Assembly (NCBI RefSeq): GCF_006345805.1
Contig: NC_042999.1
Span: 130,634,001-130,698,000, forward strand
DNA from: Octopus sinensis
Lineage: Eukaryota
Direction: 5' to 3'
Length of the DNA: 64,000 bases
Each line of letters begins with the position of its first letter. Position 1 is the first letter of the stretch. Under the pieces are notes generated by a model. That model did not search any database. It had not been told where the DNA came from and saw only the letters and a list, made by a program, of their open reading frames with translations. Made by a program: the position numbers and the translations under genes. This document shows, one piece after another, positions 51,261-64,000 of this stretch.

Positions 51261-52757
51261 TACGTTCTGAGTTCAAATTCCGCCTTTCAACCTTTCGGGG
51301 TCGATAAATTAAGTACCAATTGAATCGATGTAACTGACTATTCCCTCCCTGCAATTTCAGGCCTTGTGCCTATAGTGCTCAACTAGTACTTATTTTATAG
51401 ACCTCGAAAGAATTTTGTCCGGCGCGGTGACGATTCTGCCAGCCCGCCGCTTAGAACTTCTCATAATCCTTTCTAGTATAGGCTCAAGGCCTGAACTTTT
51501 GGGAGGGAGATAGTCGATAACATTAGCCTCTGTACTCAACTGGTACTTATTTCATCGACCACGAGAGGATGAAAGGCAAAGTTGACTGCGGCAGAATTTG
51601 AACTCAGAACGTAAAGATGGACGAAATGCTGCTAAGCATTTTGTCCGGTGTACCGACGATTCTTCCAATTTGTCTCTTAGAACTTATAATATGAAGATTA
51701 GGTTATTGTTTCGCCATCAAAATGGTCAAACGCTTTTATCGTTTCAGTTTGATCAGGTTTGTGATGATATCAAAGTTATCACACTGGTGATTGTGATCCA
51801 TTGGCATTTTTTTTTTATTTTGTTTAACCCCAGGTCAGCCTTCATCGGGAATATCCATGTTCAAAGGTATTCCTGCCGTAAACATCTCGACATACCAAAC
51901 CGGCGTGCATTGTGTCCTTGAGTAAATGACTTCATTTCTTGTTGCTCCAGTCTACTCATCCAGAGATGGGTACCAACCGAATGCTGGTGAAGCCCTTTCT
52001 CTCGCTCTAGCTGTCAGACCGTCGATGTCCTGTTGGTTCACGAGTGGGAGGGCCGGGTGAGTGCCTATATCTGTCCGCGACAAGAGAGGCAACTATAACA
52101 ATTACAATTAGATATTACAAAGTCATACTTACTTGCGAGTGACGGTTATGATTTATTTTAAATAAACAGGATGGCAAAAAAAAAAATGAGCTACTTCTAA
52201 CACAAAATTTAGATTTTGTTGCGCTTGTGCAGCGCTTTTCACATCAGCAAATAGATTTTACGCGATTCGCATATTCTAGCTGGCTGTTGCAGATTCATTT
52301 CGGAGGTGGGTCGAGTATATGAAACTGATGAACAGAAAGAAGTATGAAATATCGATATCTGTCGTCTCTTCCATTTCCGGGTCGATTTCTTTCGCCTAGG
52401 TTTGAAATATTTTGTTTTTTAATACTATACGTCTTTAAAGATACCTTCTCAGACGAAATACTGTAGCTATAAGCGTTTAACAGCACGCATACATTAAATA
52501 TGTGATAGTGATAATGTTTACCCATATTTATTTATTTTGCTGAATGGAGGCGGTATTTATCTCCAGTGTAAAGGATATTTTTGTGCATATCTCATGTATA
52601 CAATTCCTACATCAACTCATAACTGTTTGTAGTGACGTCTAATGATATATTCATAAAACCATGCGTTTAAACTGAAGTAGATTTACTTTTGAATTAACGT
52701 TAATTAACTATTGCCCTTTTACTCTTTTACTTACTTTAACCATTGGACTGTAACTAT

Positions 52758-53000
52758 GTGGAGGCGCGTGGCTTGGTAGTTAGGGTGTGGGACTCATGAC
52801 CGTAAGATTGTGGTTTCGTTTCCTGGACCAGGTGACGCCTTATGGTCCTGAGCAGAACATTTCATTTCATGTTGCTCTAGTTCATTCAGCTGGTAAAAAA
52901 CGAGTAATCCTGTGACAGACCGGCGTCCCAACCAGGCTGAGAATATATCCGTTACGGAACCCGGGAAACCGGCCCTATGAGTCTATACGACTCAGGTAGA
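52758..53000 (+). mobile_element. tRNA-derived SINE family C
   Basis: GTGGAGGCGCGTGGCTTGGTAGTTAGGG head; homologous to 57216-57476 and 62586-62849. Confidence 0.8.
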
Positions 53001-53078
53001 ATCTTTAGTTTTTAGCCTGGGCAGTGCGTCCATACTGAAGCACTGCCTTGTGGTGTTAGTCGAAGAGATTGATCCCAG

Positions 53079-53392
53079 CAGGACTATCTTAGCAACATTA
53101 TAGGCTCCCAAGCAAATATGGGCCCTATAGCATTTATTTACTGACAACCAGTCACAGCATACATAGACTGGAATAGGACTCCTAGACTTTTGGGCCCCCT
53201 GGACAACTGCTCAGTGTGCCTCTTAGCAGCATAAGGGGCCCCTGAGCAAATTAATGCACTTGGCCTAATAGTATTTATTTCCTGACAAGTCACAGCATAC
53301 ATAGCTTAGAATTGGGCTCCTAGGCTCATATATAGATTAGAATTGGGCCACTGGGAAACTGCTTAGTTTGCCCATGTCTTAAGGTGGCGCTA
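53079..53392. mobile_element. hAT-type MITE
   Basis: Degenerate CAGG..CTTA / TAAG..GCTA termini, an 8-bp TSD GATCYCAG (53071-53078 / 53393-53400) and an internal duplicated ~70-bp unit. Confidence 0.6.
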
Positions 53393-53530
53393 GATCTCAG
53401 TTTCTAGTTTTTTTTAAGCTTGATAGACTGGTACTTATTCTGTTGGCCTCGTTTACCGAACCGCTAAGTTACGATGGCATAAACAAACACCAGTTCTCAA
53501 GCGGTGGCAAACACAAACGCGCGTGCGCGA

Positions 53531-53942
53531 CAAGCGCGGGATTAACCATGAAGCAAAGTAAGCATGTGCTTAGGGAACCAAGGGAGTGGGGTGCATCACA
53601 GGAATAGTAAATAGTTTACGGCACAAAAGAAATCACTTTAAACTTCCTAAAATAATATTCAAAGTGGTTTATATGATCTCTATTTATAAATCTGAAATAT
53701 AACTTCGAAGTGTGTCATAATGAGAATCTGATGTAAGTAGGAGAAAACTTTTCAAATATAAATAAAGTGCAAGTATACAAGGGAAACATTATTTTCCATC
53801 TTACTGTTAGTTTTGTTGCATTTTGATTGATAAACATTTATTTTATGGTTTATTATTGTTTATATCTTGAATTACATCTATATGGGGTGTCACTAAAATC
53901 TTTTAAGTTCTTAGGGCCTCTATGGGTCTTAATCTGGCCCTG
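53531..53942. mobile_element. hAT-type MITE
   Basis: Termini CAAGCGCGGGATTAA ... TTAATCTGGCCCTG with CTTAGGG subterminal motifs; splits a family B SINE. Confidence 0.5.
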
Positions 53943-54912
53943 TATACGATGGGTTTCCACACAGTTTCCCTTTCTAAATTCACTCACAAGGTATTGGTCG
54001 GCCCGGGGTTATCGTGGAAACCACCGTTCTTGGTGCCGCGCAGAGGGACTGAAGACAAAGCCACGTGGTTGCAAAATGAACTCGTTAGCCAGACAATCAT
54101 GCATGTCCTCAGTTTTTGTTAATTAATTGATTACATTTATTTGAGAAAGTAATTACAATTTTACTTTCGAGTTCTTGTCGTTGTCAGTCTCACCGTGTTC
54201 TTTCTCCAAGTCAGTCTCACCGAAAGACCGTTCTGTTTTTTATTCAAACATTGCCTATCTAGGACCATCTTATCTGAAGTGTCCTTCAAGCCTTAAAGTG
54301 TTTAAATATAATTTGAGGGAAATTTGATTGCTATGTCTAGCAGATCAAGCCACCATCATATATAAGGTTCCTCGTTAGATTATTTACTTCTGCGCATGTA
54401 TGAAGTATATGCGGACTATTTACTTTTCCCATTAGTTTCACATTTCAAAACTGTGCACTTATAACTGTTATATTTTCTTACTTTTGCGCGTTTTTGCTTT
54501 GATTTGTTATTTTTCTTCACATTCTTCAGTCTGTTGATAGGAACCTTATTTTTCTGCTGTTTTTAATCTTTTAATTTATCGTTATTTCTTTTTTAGCTCA
54601 TAAATGTGTACATATACTCGTATAAGAGGAAATGGCGTTAGCAAAAGTAATAGACTCCTGATGTTATTTTAAAAATTTATGTTGTTGTTGTTGTTGTTGT
54701 TATTATTATTGCAACTATACGTTTTTATTTTTACATTTAAAGTAAAATTAATAAATTAATAAGAGTGAAATAATCTGAAAATACTTGAAAATTAGTTAAA
54801 TTAGTTACGGCACCATTTCTCTCGGTGAAGAAAAGCCGAAAGTCTTATTGTAAAAAAAAAGTGATCATCTGCCAACACATGTTGCAATAAGTAGTTGCCA
54901 CCAAGTGAAGAA

Positions 54913-55008
<96 letters not shown>

Positions 55009-55589
55009 GAGCGAGTTTCATCGTCCCAGAAAAATGGGGGCAACATAGAAAGATCAATTACGTAAAGGCGTTCTTTTCTCTCTCTCTCTCTCTCTCTCCC
55101 TCTCTCTCCCCCTCTCTCTCTCTCCTCCCTCTTTCTATCTTCCCACTCTCTCTCACTCACGCTCTTTCTTTCTCTGTCCCTTTCTCCATTTCTTTAATTT
55201 ATCATTTCTTTATTTTTTTGTTTTTCTATTTCCCTTCATATTCTAATTTTCTAAGGAGGTCGCCACCACAGTCTGTGGAATTGGAGACAAACAAAATTTC
55301 TCTCAACTACATTCATCAAATAATAAAGCAAGCAGTCTTTCGAGCGGTTTGTTGCCTTGCATCATAATATTCGGCTGCTGATTGCGTGTTGATGTATGTA
55401 ACGTAATACCCGAGAAGTTAACTCTGGATTGTTCTCACGGTTGTTTGGAAATCTATATTTCTTCCACTACCTCAATGGACAAGCTCTAATTAGATCTAGC
55501 ACCTAAAGTGTTGTGGCGAGTTTCCTTAAATTAATATAGCACGAAACATAACAATTACATATAATGTAACTTTTAAGTTATTCACACAC

Positions 55590-55971
55590 ATGTATGTATG
55601 TATGTATGTATGTATGTATGTGTGTGTATGTATGTATGTATGTGTGTGTATGTATGTATGTATGTATGTATGTATGTGTGTGTATGTATGTATGTATGTA
55701 TGTGTGTATGTATGTATGTATGTATGCATCCATGCATGCATGTATGTATGTATGTATGTATGTATGTATGTATGTATGCATGCATGCATGCATGTATGTA
55801 TGTATGTATGTATGTATGTATGTACGTACGTATATAAGTACGTATGTATGTATGCATGTATGCATGTATGTATGTATTATGTATGTACGTATGTATATAA
55901 GTACGTATGTATTTATGTATGCATGCATGTATGTATGTATGTATGTATGTATGTATGTATGTATGTATGTA

Positions 55972-56011
<40 letters not shown>

Positions 56012-56015
56012 TATG
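55590..56015. repeat. (ATGT)n/(GT)n microsatellite
   Basis: Directly visible; similar (TACA)n arrays at 4797-4875, 17030-17265, 36440-36570 and 56800-56910. Confidence 0.97.
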
Positions 56016-56041
56016 TGTTTTATTCAGTTTTATGTGTATTA

Positions 56042-56564
56042 CCGTAAATCCTCGAGTATAATCGGCATTTCCTTTCCCAAAATTTAAAGGTCAAAATCCC
56101 TAGTGCGTACTATATACGAGGTTAAAAATGAAAAATATTTTCTTAGCAATGTCCGAGTCTCTATTTGCTGCCCAGCAATGTTTATTCAGACGCATTTTGT
56201 GATGTCGGGAGCGAAAATACCTGAAGCTAAGCCTGAAAGCAATAAAGTCTTAAAAGAATCATCCATAACTTGCAGTAAGCAACATTTATTAAAATAAAAG
56301 TATTCAGAACACTGAATAACATATAACAAAAACAATTTGCAAACATATTTACATTCCCATATAACAGTTAAGAACATCACCATTATTGTATTACGCATTC
56401 GCAGAAGTTTTTGTTCGACTAGGTGCTGCTGGCTTAATTATGCACGACTCAAGTTAGAGAAAAAGTGCGTATCATATACAAGGTTTAGGTTTTTCAGAGG
56501 TACAGCCCATTAAAAATCCCTTGCGTATTATACTCAAGGGCGGACTATACTCGAAGATTTACGG
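56042..56564 (+). mobile_element. pogo/Tigger-type MITE, complete
   Basis: TA-CCGTAAATCCTCGAGTATA ... TATACTCGAAGATTTACGG-TA; internal-deletion derivative of the 10-kb element. Confidence 0.88.
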
Positions 56565-57215
56565 TATTCAATTTTATTTCAAGATTTCTTGCCAATAAAA
56601 AAGGGCCGGTTTTTAATCTTGACCCAAGGCTCCTTCATTGGGATTTCAAAGTTAGCAGGGTATTTTTTGCATGTATGTGTGTACATGTGTAGTATTTGGA
56701 ATCACTACATGTGAAGATTCATATGTTTTGTTTTATGTATGTATTCTCATGCATATAGCTGCATGTCTAGATATGCACACATATATTTAAAGGATAAACT
56801 GTATGTATGTATGTATGTATGTATGCATGCATGTATGTATGTATGTATGTATGTATGTATGTATGTATGTATGTATGTATGTATGTATGTATGTATGTGT
56901 GTGTGTGTGCGTTTCTCTTTGAAATTTATTTATAATATCGGTACAGAAACAATAAGTTTCGAAGCAGTTGTCTATTTCTCACTGACTTTTAAAGAAGTAT
57001 TCACATCGGTAAAGTGGCTAACTTCTATAATTATACATCACTTTTCTTTTCTACAATGTTTGCATGACAGATAGGACCGTTTCACCAATCAATATTCCTT
57101 ATTGAAACATATATATGTACTAAAAATTAGGTATGTTTTCTTTATTTATCAAATGACAGTCTTTCTTACGGATAGCATTCTATACTGTTTTGTAACAATG
57201 TTTTAGAGGGTAGAA

Positions 57216-57476
57216 ATAAATAAATAAATGCGCCCTTTTAAAGCCTAGCCAGGATCATGGGCCCGGTTTCCCGGTTTCAATGGCGTATGTGTTCCCCAGC
57301 TGGACGGGACGCCAGTCCATCGCAGTGTTACTCATTTTTGCCAGCTGAGTGGACTGGAACAACGTGAAATGAAGTGTTTTGCTCAAGAACACAACGCGTC
57401 GCCCGGTCCAGGAATCGAAACCACAATCTTACGATCATGATACTGACACCCTAACCACTAAGCCACGCGCCTCCAC
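57216..57476 (-). mobile_element. SINE family C, full length
   Basis: Perfect 14-bp TSD TTTAGAGGGTAGAA (57202-57215 / 57477-57490), a (TTTA)n tail and A/B boxes. Confidence 0.93.
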
Positions 57477-58055
57477 TTTAGAGGGTAGAACCTTAATGAA
57501 ATTGTTGAGCACTGCTAATCACACGTTTTATATCTTCTACAGAAATGTAGCAAACTCCGCCTTTGCAGATGCATCTTAGAGATCCAAGGGCTTAATCGTA
57601 TCTTTTGTGAATCAGGTACTTTGTAGATACCTCCTGCTCTCGAATTGCAGGAACATGACCTTCAAAAAGGAACTTGACGTGATGGGCACGAGTTTCTATT
57701 AATGTTAGCTTCATCGTTAAGTCTACCGAAGACATGCCGAGGCAAACAGTTTTGTGGGGTATAAAGGGGCATAACATAAACAACAACAAATTTTAAACGT
57801 AAACACACACACGCGCGCGTGCGCGCACACACACACAGGCATATACATACACACATATACTGCACACATATATGCACGACAGGTGTCTGCAGAGTATCTG
57901 CTTTTCGAATCCCATTCAAAAACTATAGTAGTTGATACGAGCCAACATGCAGAGTAGTGGAATCGAACACGGATCCATGTAGTTGTGAAACGATTTTCTC
58001 AACGTCTCTCTCTCTCTCTCATTCTCTCTCTCACTTCTTAATTATTTATCTATAT

Positions 58056-58637
58056 TCTTTTCTACTCTCGGCACAAGGCCCGAAATTTTGGGAGAGGAGG
58101 GAGGGGCAGTCGATTAGATTGACCCCAGTACGCAATTGGTACTTAATTTATCGACCCCGAAAGGATGAAAGGCAAAGTCGACCTCGGCGGGATTTGAACT
58201 CGGAACGTAAAGACAGACGAAATACCCGTTTCTTTACTACCCACAAGGGGCTAAACACAGAGAAGACAAACAAGGACAGACAAACGGATTAAGTCGATTA
58301 CATCAACCCCAGTGCGTAACTGGTACTTATTTAATCGACCCCGAAAGGATAAAAGGCAAAGTCGACCTCGGCGGATTTGAACTGAGAACGTAGCGGCAGA
58401 TGAACTTCCTATTTCTTTATTACCCACAAGGGGCTAAACACAGAGGGGACAAACAAGGACAGACATAGGTATTAAGTCGATTACATCGACCCCAGTGCGT
58501 AACTGGTACTTAATTTATCGACCCCGAAAGGATGAAAGGCAAAGTCGACTTCGGCGGAATTTGAACTCACAACGTAACGGCAGACGAAATACCGCTAAGC
58601 ATTTCGCCCGGCGTGCTAACGTTTCTGCCAGCTCGCT
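58056..58637 (-). mobile_element. three head-to-tail SINE family A units
   Basis: Central motif CGACCCCGAAAGGAT.AAAGGCAAAGTCGAC at ~58152, 58336 and 58519; only the last unit keeps the complete head. Confidence 0.9.
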
Positions 58638-58769
58638 GTCTTAATTCTTTATTTATATTACTCTACTTCTTGGTGTCATCACGAATGTTAGTCCATTCAC
58701 ATCTTCATCCCAAGAATTTCACTTCCTTGGAACTTCTTTATTTTGTCTTTCCCTGTAGCTATTCGAATA

Positions 58770-58968
58770 CAGTAATCCCTCGCCATATCGCGATTCATCT
58801 ATCGCGCACTCAGTACATTGCAGATTTTTCTGGCTAATATATGTAAATTTATATCGCGGACTCTTCACTATATCCGGGTTTCTGCGGCCGATAGGTATTT
58901 ATATTTTTTAGATTTTAATTATTTCTGTGGGAGGTTTTGGATCGTAACATCCGCGCTCGTCGAGGGAT
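58770..58968. mobile_element. Tigger-like MITE
   Basis: TA-CAGTAATCCCTCG ... CGAGGGAT termini and repeated ATCGCG motifs. Confidence 0.6.
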
Positions 58969-60483
58969 ATATAGATTAGCGATTTATAAACAATTCTTTG
59001 TAATGAAGCATAAAGCATTAACCAAATTTACCTTAATACATTGTCCAGGAGCAGGATGCAACATTCAAAGTACAAAGTATATCCTTGAGGGACAAGGACC
59101 AATACAATAAAGGGTCTGGAAAAAAGAACTTGGTCTACTTACAGTTATAAATAACTAAGATTTGTTTCTCTGATCTTCTAGTGATATTAATTAAACAAAT
59201 AAATATTTAAAAGAAAACTCTCTGATAGCATTACATGAACAAATATTTTATTGGTCTAAATTAAAAAAATAAAAATAAATAAAACCCTATTATATAAATA
59301 GGTCGCAGTTTTTTAAACATGTTTCGAGCTAATGTTGTTCAACTTATGTTTCTTTAGGGATAAAATAGTGCGATAAAATGCAAAGAATTTACAAGAAATC
59401 TGATTGACGAGGAGACATTTTTTAGAGCAACAACGAAGTCGGTCAGGAAAACGCGTCAAAAGAAAGAATATTTTTAATGGCTTCAAACTTATTTTCTTTT
59501 TTTCTTTTCTTTTTTTTAAACACTAATTAAGAGGTTATAGTAATTATGCATGCTGATAAGCGCGTTGAATGGCAATGAGTAGTAAGACTGATTTAGCTGG
59601 ATAAAGCAATAGCATATGAACATTAAACTCTACTTAATTACTGACCCAAGTTTTAATATATCTTCTCAGTTTAGGACATAGGCTTAGGTGAAAATAATAC
59701 AATTACAAACTTATTAACTGCTATCTATGATTCTTTAGGAAGTTGACAACATTATAATGTTATACGAGAATGTTCATGGAAGCGAAACTAATTGATAAAA
59801 TTTCCACTCTGAGAATATTTCAGCCCTATTCGTAATAATAAATAAATGACTAAATAAAATAAAATGAAATATGGAGTTATGATATTTTTTCTTCACATTA
59901 CACTTAAACAAGGTTAATAACATTTTCAGGTTTATGTTTATAGTGATATGGTTTCTTCTAAGAATACTGCACGCCGATCCTAAAATCACAGTTAAAAATA
60001 ACAGTGATAGTATTTGATTCTCTGCTTAATATTTATATGGCATAACGTTACTGCAATGAAAACTAATCTAAATTTCCAATGAGACTTTGAAGTTTATATT
60101 TAGAATTAAATCTGTGAAACTTAAACAGATAGTCATCGTATAATTTTTTTTTATGCCACAAAGATAACTGTTTTTCCAATTAGAAAACGTACTTTTTAAA
60201 AAATTGATGTACTCTTTTTGATAGGAAATTACTAAAATTTTCATTGATTTATGTATAAAGAATTGACCTATTTGACAATCCGAGCATGATTTAGGGAAAA
60301 ATAAAAGAATCAACGGAAACGGCGAATTAAATAGTTTGAAAGCTTTCTTTTATATTATTACGTAGTCGGAGCAGGTTAAGTAGTATTAATATTTGTAGGC
60401 CCTGCTTGACTGGTGAGCACGCTGATGGTAATTGTTCTGTATGAACTTTTGGAGAACAAAACCAATAGGAGAAGAGAGAGAAG

Positions 60484-60571
<88 letters not shown>

Positions 60572-61616
60572 ATCAGCAAGGCGGTTTGACTTGTTAGATA
60601 TAGTTGTCAAATCTGATTTGAAACACGCAATATAGTCCTATACACCCCTTAAAAAACAGGTCGAGCTTTTGATTATAAATTTGTAGATCAGAGCTGATTT
60701 GAAAGTTAATAACAGCAATAGGAAAGAGATAAATCGGAGGATAGCAGCTCAGTAGAGGAATAGTTTGGGACGTGTTTAGTCGGAGAAGTGGAGTGTGATA
60801 TATCAGAAATGTTGAGAATATAAGAAGCGGGTACATCGAGTAGAATGTGTCAGAGGTATTATGGAACAATGAGGAAGTGACTGTTTGTGATAGAGATAAA
60901 AGTGGCAGGAGACGAGGTAACGTGTCACAGAACTTATAATGTTATATGTTAAGTTTTCATTCGTCTAAACTTTTGGTGGTTCTACGATTTGTTGGCTAGG
61001 AGGAGATGTACCGGGAAGTTAAACACACAGACACCCACACAGATAAACACACAGACACACAAGTTGAGTTTTATATGTATAGATTAAACGATCAGTGTTG
61101 CTACTTAATACATATTGTGATGTTATTTAAGCTCTATTATAACATGTAACATGCATTTAGTTAATAACTAGTTTCGAATAAACTATTCGTTAAATAAAGA
61201 TGTTAAATAACATTGATAAACTAGGATTGTTCAGTGTAAATATGAAATTAGTATATTAACAAAGTAGTGAAAACAGAGAGCTTCATACAATACTATAAGG
61301 AAAAATGTTTATAAATATTTCAGACACAAAGAAGTAAACAGTCGAAACATTGTTGATGGTAGGCTCTCGATTCCGAGAAAGACGATGCCGCTACTTCTTG
61401 CTAAACAGATGGATAGTTTAGAGCAGCGGTTCTCAACAAGGGTCCATATCGCCCTTAGGATTAAGATTGTGTGGTAAGAAGCTTGCTTCCCAACCACATG
61501 GTCCGGGGTTCGGGGTTCGACAGCGTGGTACATTAGGCAAGTGTCTTCTACTATAGCCTCGGGTCGATCAAAGCCTTGAGTGGATTTGATAGACGGAAAC
61601 TGAAAGAAGCCCATCG

Positions 61617-61657
<41 letters not shown>

Positions 61658-61666
61658 TAATATATA

Positions 61667-61710
<44 letters not shown>

Positions 61711-62060
61711 ATACGAGCAAAACGCCCAACCCGTCCAATGGACGGTGCTGAGTTGTCAAACATTTAAACCAAATTTTCTCAAAACAACTTGTCCGACCGT
61801 CCCATAGGCCTCCCCTTTGAGAAACACTGATTAAACCTAAATTTGAGATACCAGCAAAAGACGGATTTCGACTGATGTACTTGCGCGTACAAATGCACGT
61901 TCCCACGGCTTTATCGATCGCATTCTCACCTGGAATCGATTTTTGTAATTTTTTTCAAGACTTATACACACCCTGATACCGTCGCTATATACATATCAAA
62001 TTTGAGCGCAATCGGAATCCTAGAAGACACACACATAGACAAACAGAACGGATTTTATAT
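61711..62060 (+). mobile_element. non-autonomous Helentron/HINE-like element
   Basis: 5' ATACGAGC..CCGTCCAATGGACGG hairpin and 3' CAAATTTGAGCGCAATCGG..ACAC..GATTTTATAT, within (TA)n. A similar 3' end is at 60945-61085. Confidence 0.5.
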
Positions 62061-62271
62061 AATATATATATATATATATATCATCCGAACTATTCCAAGC
62101 ACGAAACCGACGATTCGTAACCTCGACCGTGATGGATATATAATGCTGTAGACTTCGGATAATATACTCACTCTCTTCACAGATATACGAGTGCATCTTT
62201 TTCCTGACTTATGGACTTTTAGACGACTTACGCACATGTGTGTGCGTGTTTGTGTGTATGTGTGTGTGTGT

Positions 62272-62314
<43 letters not shown>

Positions 62315-62585
62315 CGTGGGAGCGCGTGCACGCGTCTTTGTGTATGTGTTTGACCTCCACTACCGCTTGACAACCGGTGTCGGTGTGTTTACATCCCCGT
62401 AACTTAGCTGTTCAGCCAAAGAGATCGATAAAATAAGTACTAGGCTTAAGAAAAATAAGTCCTGGGGTTGATTTGTTCGACTAAAACCCTTCCAAGGCAG
62501 TACCTCTACATGGCCGCAGTCAAATGACTGAAACAAGTAAAAGGTAATAAATAAAAGATGAAAAAACTGGTTATAATTCTACAAT

Positions 62586-62849
62586 AATAAAATAAAATAA
62601 ATGCGCCCTATTAAAGCCTAGCCAGGCTTATGGTCCCAGTTTCCCGGTTTCAATGGCGTATGTGTTTCCCAGCTGGACGGGACGCTAGTCCATCGTAGCG
62701 TTACTCATTTTTGCCAGCTGAATGGACTGGAGCAACGTGAAATGAAGTGTTTTGCTCAAGAACACAACGCGTCGCCCGGTCCAGGAATCGAAACCACAAT
62801 CTTACGATCATGGTGCTGACACCCTAACCACTAAGCCACGCGACTCCAC
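62586..62849 (-). mobile_element. SINE family C, full length
   Basis: 15-bp TSD TTATAATTCTACAAT (62571-62585 / 62850-62864); near-identical to 57216-57476. Confidence 0.93.
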
Positions 62850-63329
62850 TTATAATTCTACAATGGACAAAATGTTTAAACGGTTTATTTTAAAATACAA
62901 TTCCTAATATTTAATCATAAAGATATAATATGTGTTAGACATTCAATGACTATAAAGGTCTCCCCTATCCCGAGTAAAATAGGAATCAAAGGGGTCCATA
63001 CGTAAAAAATGATTGAGAACCACTTGTTTTCAGTGATCAAATATTCGTGATGTACATAGCTTAGCTCCTACCATCAAATCGACATTGTGTGCACAGGTGC
63101 GTGATGTGCCACGTGTCAGATGTTTAAGTGATTGCAGAGCAACGTGTAAATGAAGAGTTTTGCTCAAGAACACAAGGCAACGCCCACTCCGCGAATCAAA
63201 ACAACGCTCTTGCGATCGTGAGTGCAACACTCTAACTACTAACGGTTTAAATATGCCTGTTGCTATACAGACTAACACATCTTGCCTGTTTACTTCTGTT
63301 GATGATGAGCTGTTGTGCCCGAAATATAT

Positions 63330-63544
63330 ACTCTTTTACTTGTTTCAATCATTTGACTGTGGCCATGCTGGAGCACCGCCTTTAGTCGAGCAAATCGACC
63401 CTAGGACTTATTCTTTGTAAGCCTAGTACTTATTCTATCGGTCTCTTTTGCCGAACCGCTAAGTTGCGGGGACATAAACACAACAGCATCTGTTGTCAAG
63501 CGATGTTGGAGGAGACAAACAGATATACAAACGTATACACACAC

Positions 63545-63575
<31 letters not shown>

Positions 63576-63680
63576 ACACACACACACACTACATATATAT
63601 GCGACGGGTTTCCTTCAGTTTCCGTTTACCAAATCCACTCACAAGGCTTTGGTCGGCCCGAGGTTATAATAGAAGACACC
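63330..63680 (-). mobile_element. SINE family B, joined to an inverted head fragment (63682-63740)
   Basis: Tail, (CA)n and a partial head on the minus strand, then a plus-strand TGGCTGTGTGGTAAGTAG..GGTTCCGGGTTCAGTCCCAC. Confidence 0.8.
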
Positions 63681-64000
63681 TTGGCTGTGTGGTAAGTAGT
63701 ATGCTTACGGACCACATGGTTCCGGGTTCAGTCCCACTTATACATGCACGCACAAACACTCACATACGCATAACCTTACAAACACTAGGTATTGTTTTTT
63801 TGGAAAAGATGCTGTGTGATCAGAGATATCATCAAACTGTATACTTACAAGTACTACCAATATACACCGCAAATGTTCAGTTGTGAATTTCAGAAATTCG
63901 CCAGCTCTTTATGCATTTATCTATTCGCTTTTTGTTTTTCGGGACTTTTCATTTTATGTATTGGTGACAAAACATGAAATGAAATACTAAGAATAACAGT

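Noticed and set aside
59774-60930. Faint hAT-like and LINE-like remnants (also 27300-27590, 32780-33020, 34008-34060)
   Set aside because: Only isolated, weak peptide resemblances; boundaries and identity are not supportable.

Overview
Eukaryotic, AT-rich, repeat-saturated non-coding DNA. The tRNA-derived SINE families, the microsatellite load and the transposon mix look like an octopus (coleoid cephalopod) genome; this assignment is from recall of the repeats, not a search. No host protein-coding exon is supportable, and nearly all ORF-track entries are microsatellite or SINE translations. Recognisable content: a near-intact mariner (35143-36436, D,D34D), a decayed mariner and mariner/pogo/hAT MITEs, a BED-finger hAT remnant, a Gypsy gag-pol remnant, an R4/Dong LINE 3' end, Helentron/HINE-like elements, candidate solo LTRs, dozens of SINEs, a ~1.5 kb (TTC)n tract and a possible GC-box promoter with a non-coding first exon (~29.1-29.5 kb). 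The most interesting signal is a set of short, mutually unrelated non-coding elements carrying minimal type I hammerhead ribozyme (HHR) folds. These lie at 4069, 5110, 25002, 37031/37374 and 41646, with a degenerate copy at 36607, and they show Penelope-like partial-tandem or inverted architecture. They include a G3-C8 covariant core and a tRNA-headed SINE fused to a hammerhead tail. All folds were read by eye and none was tested computationally.
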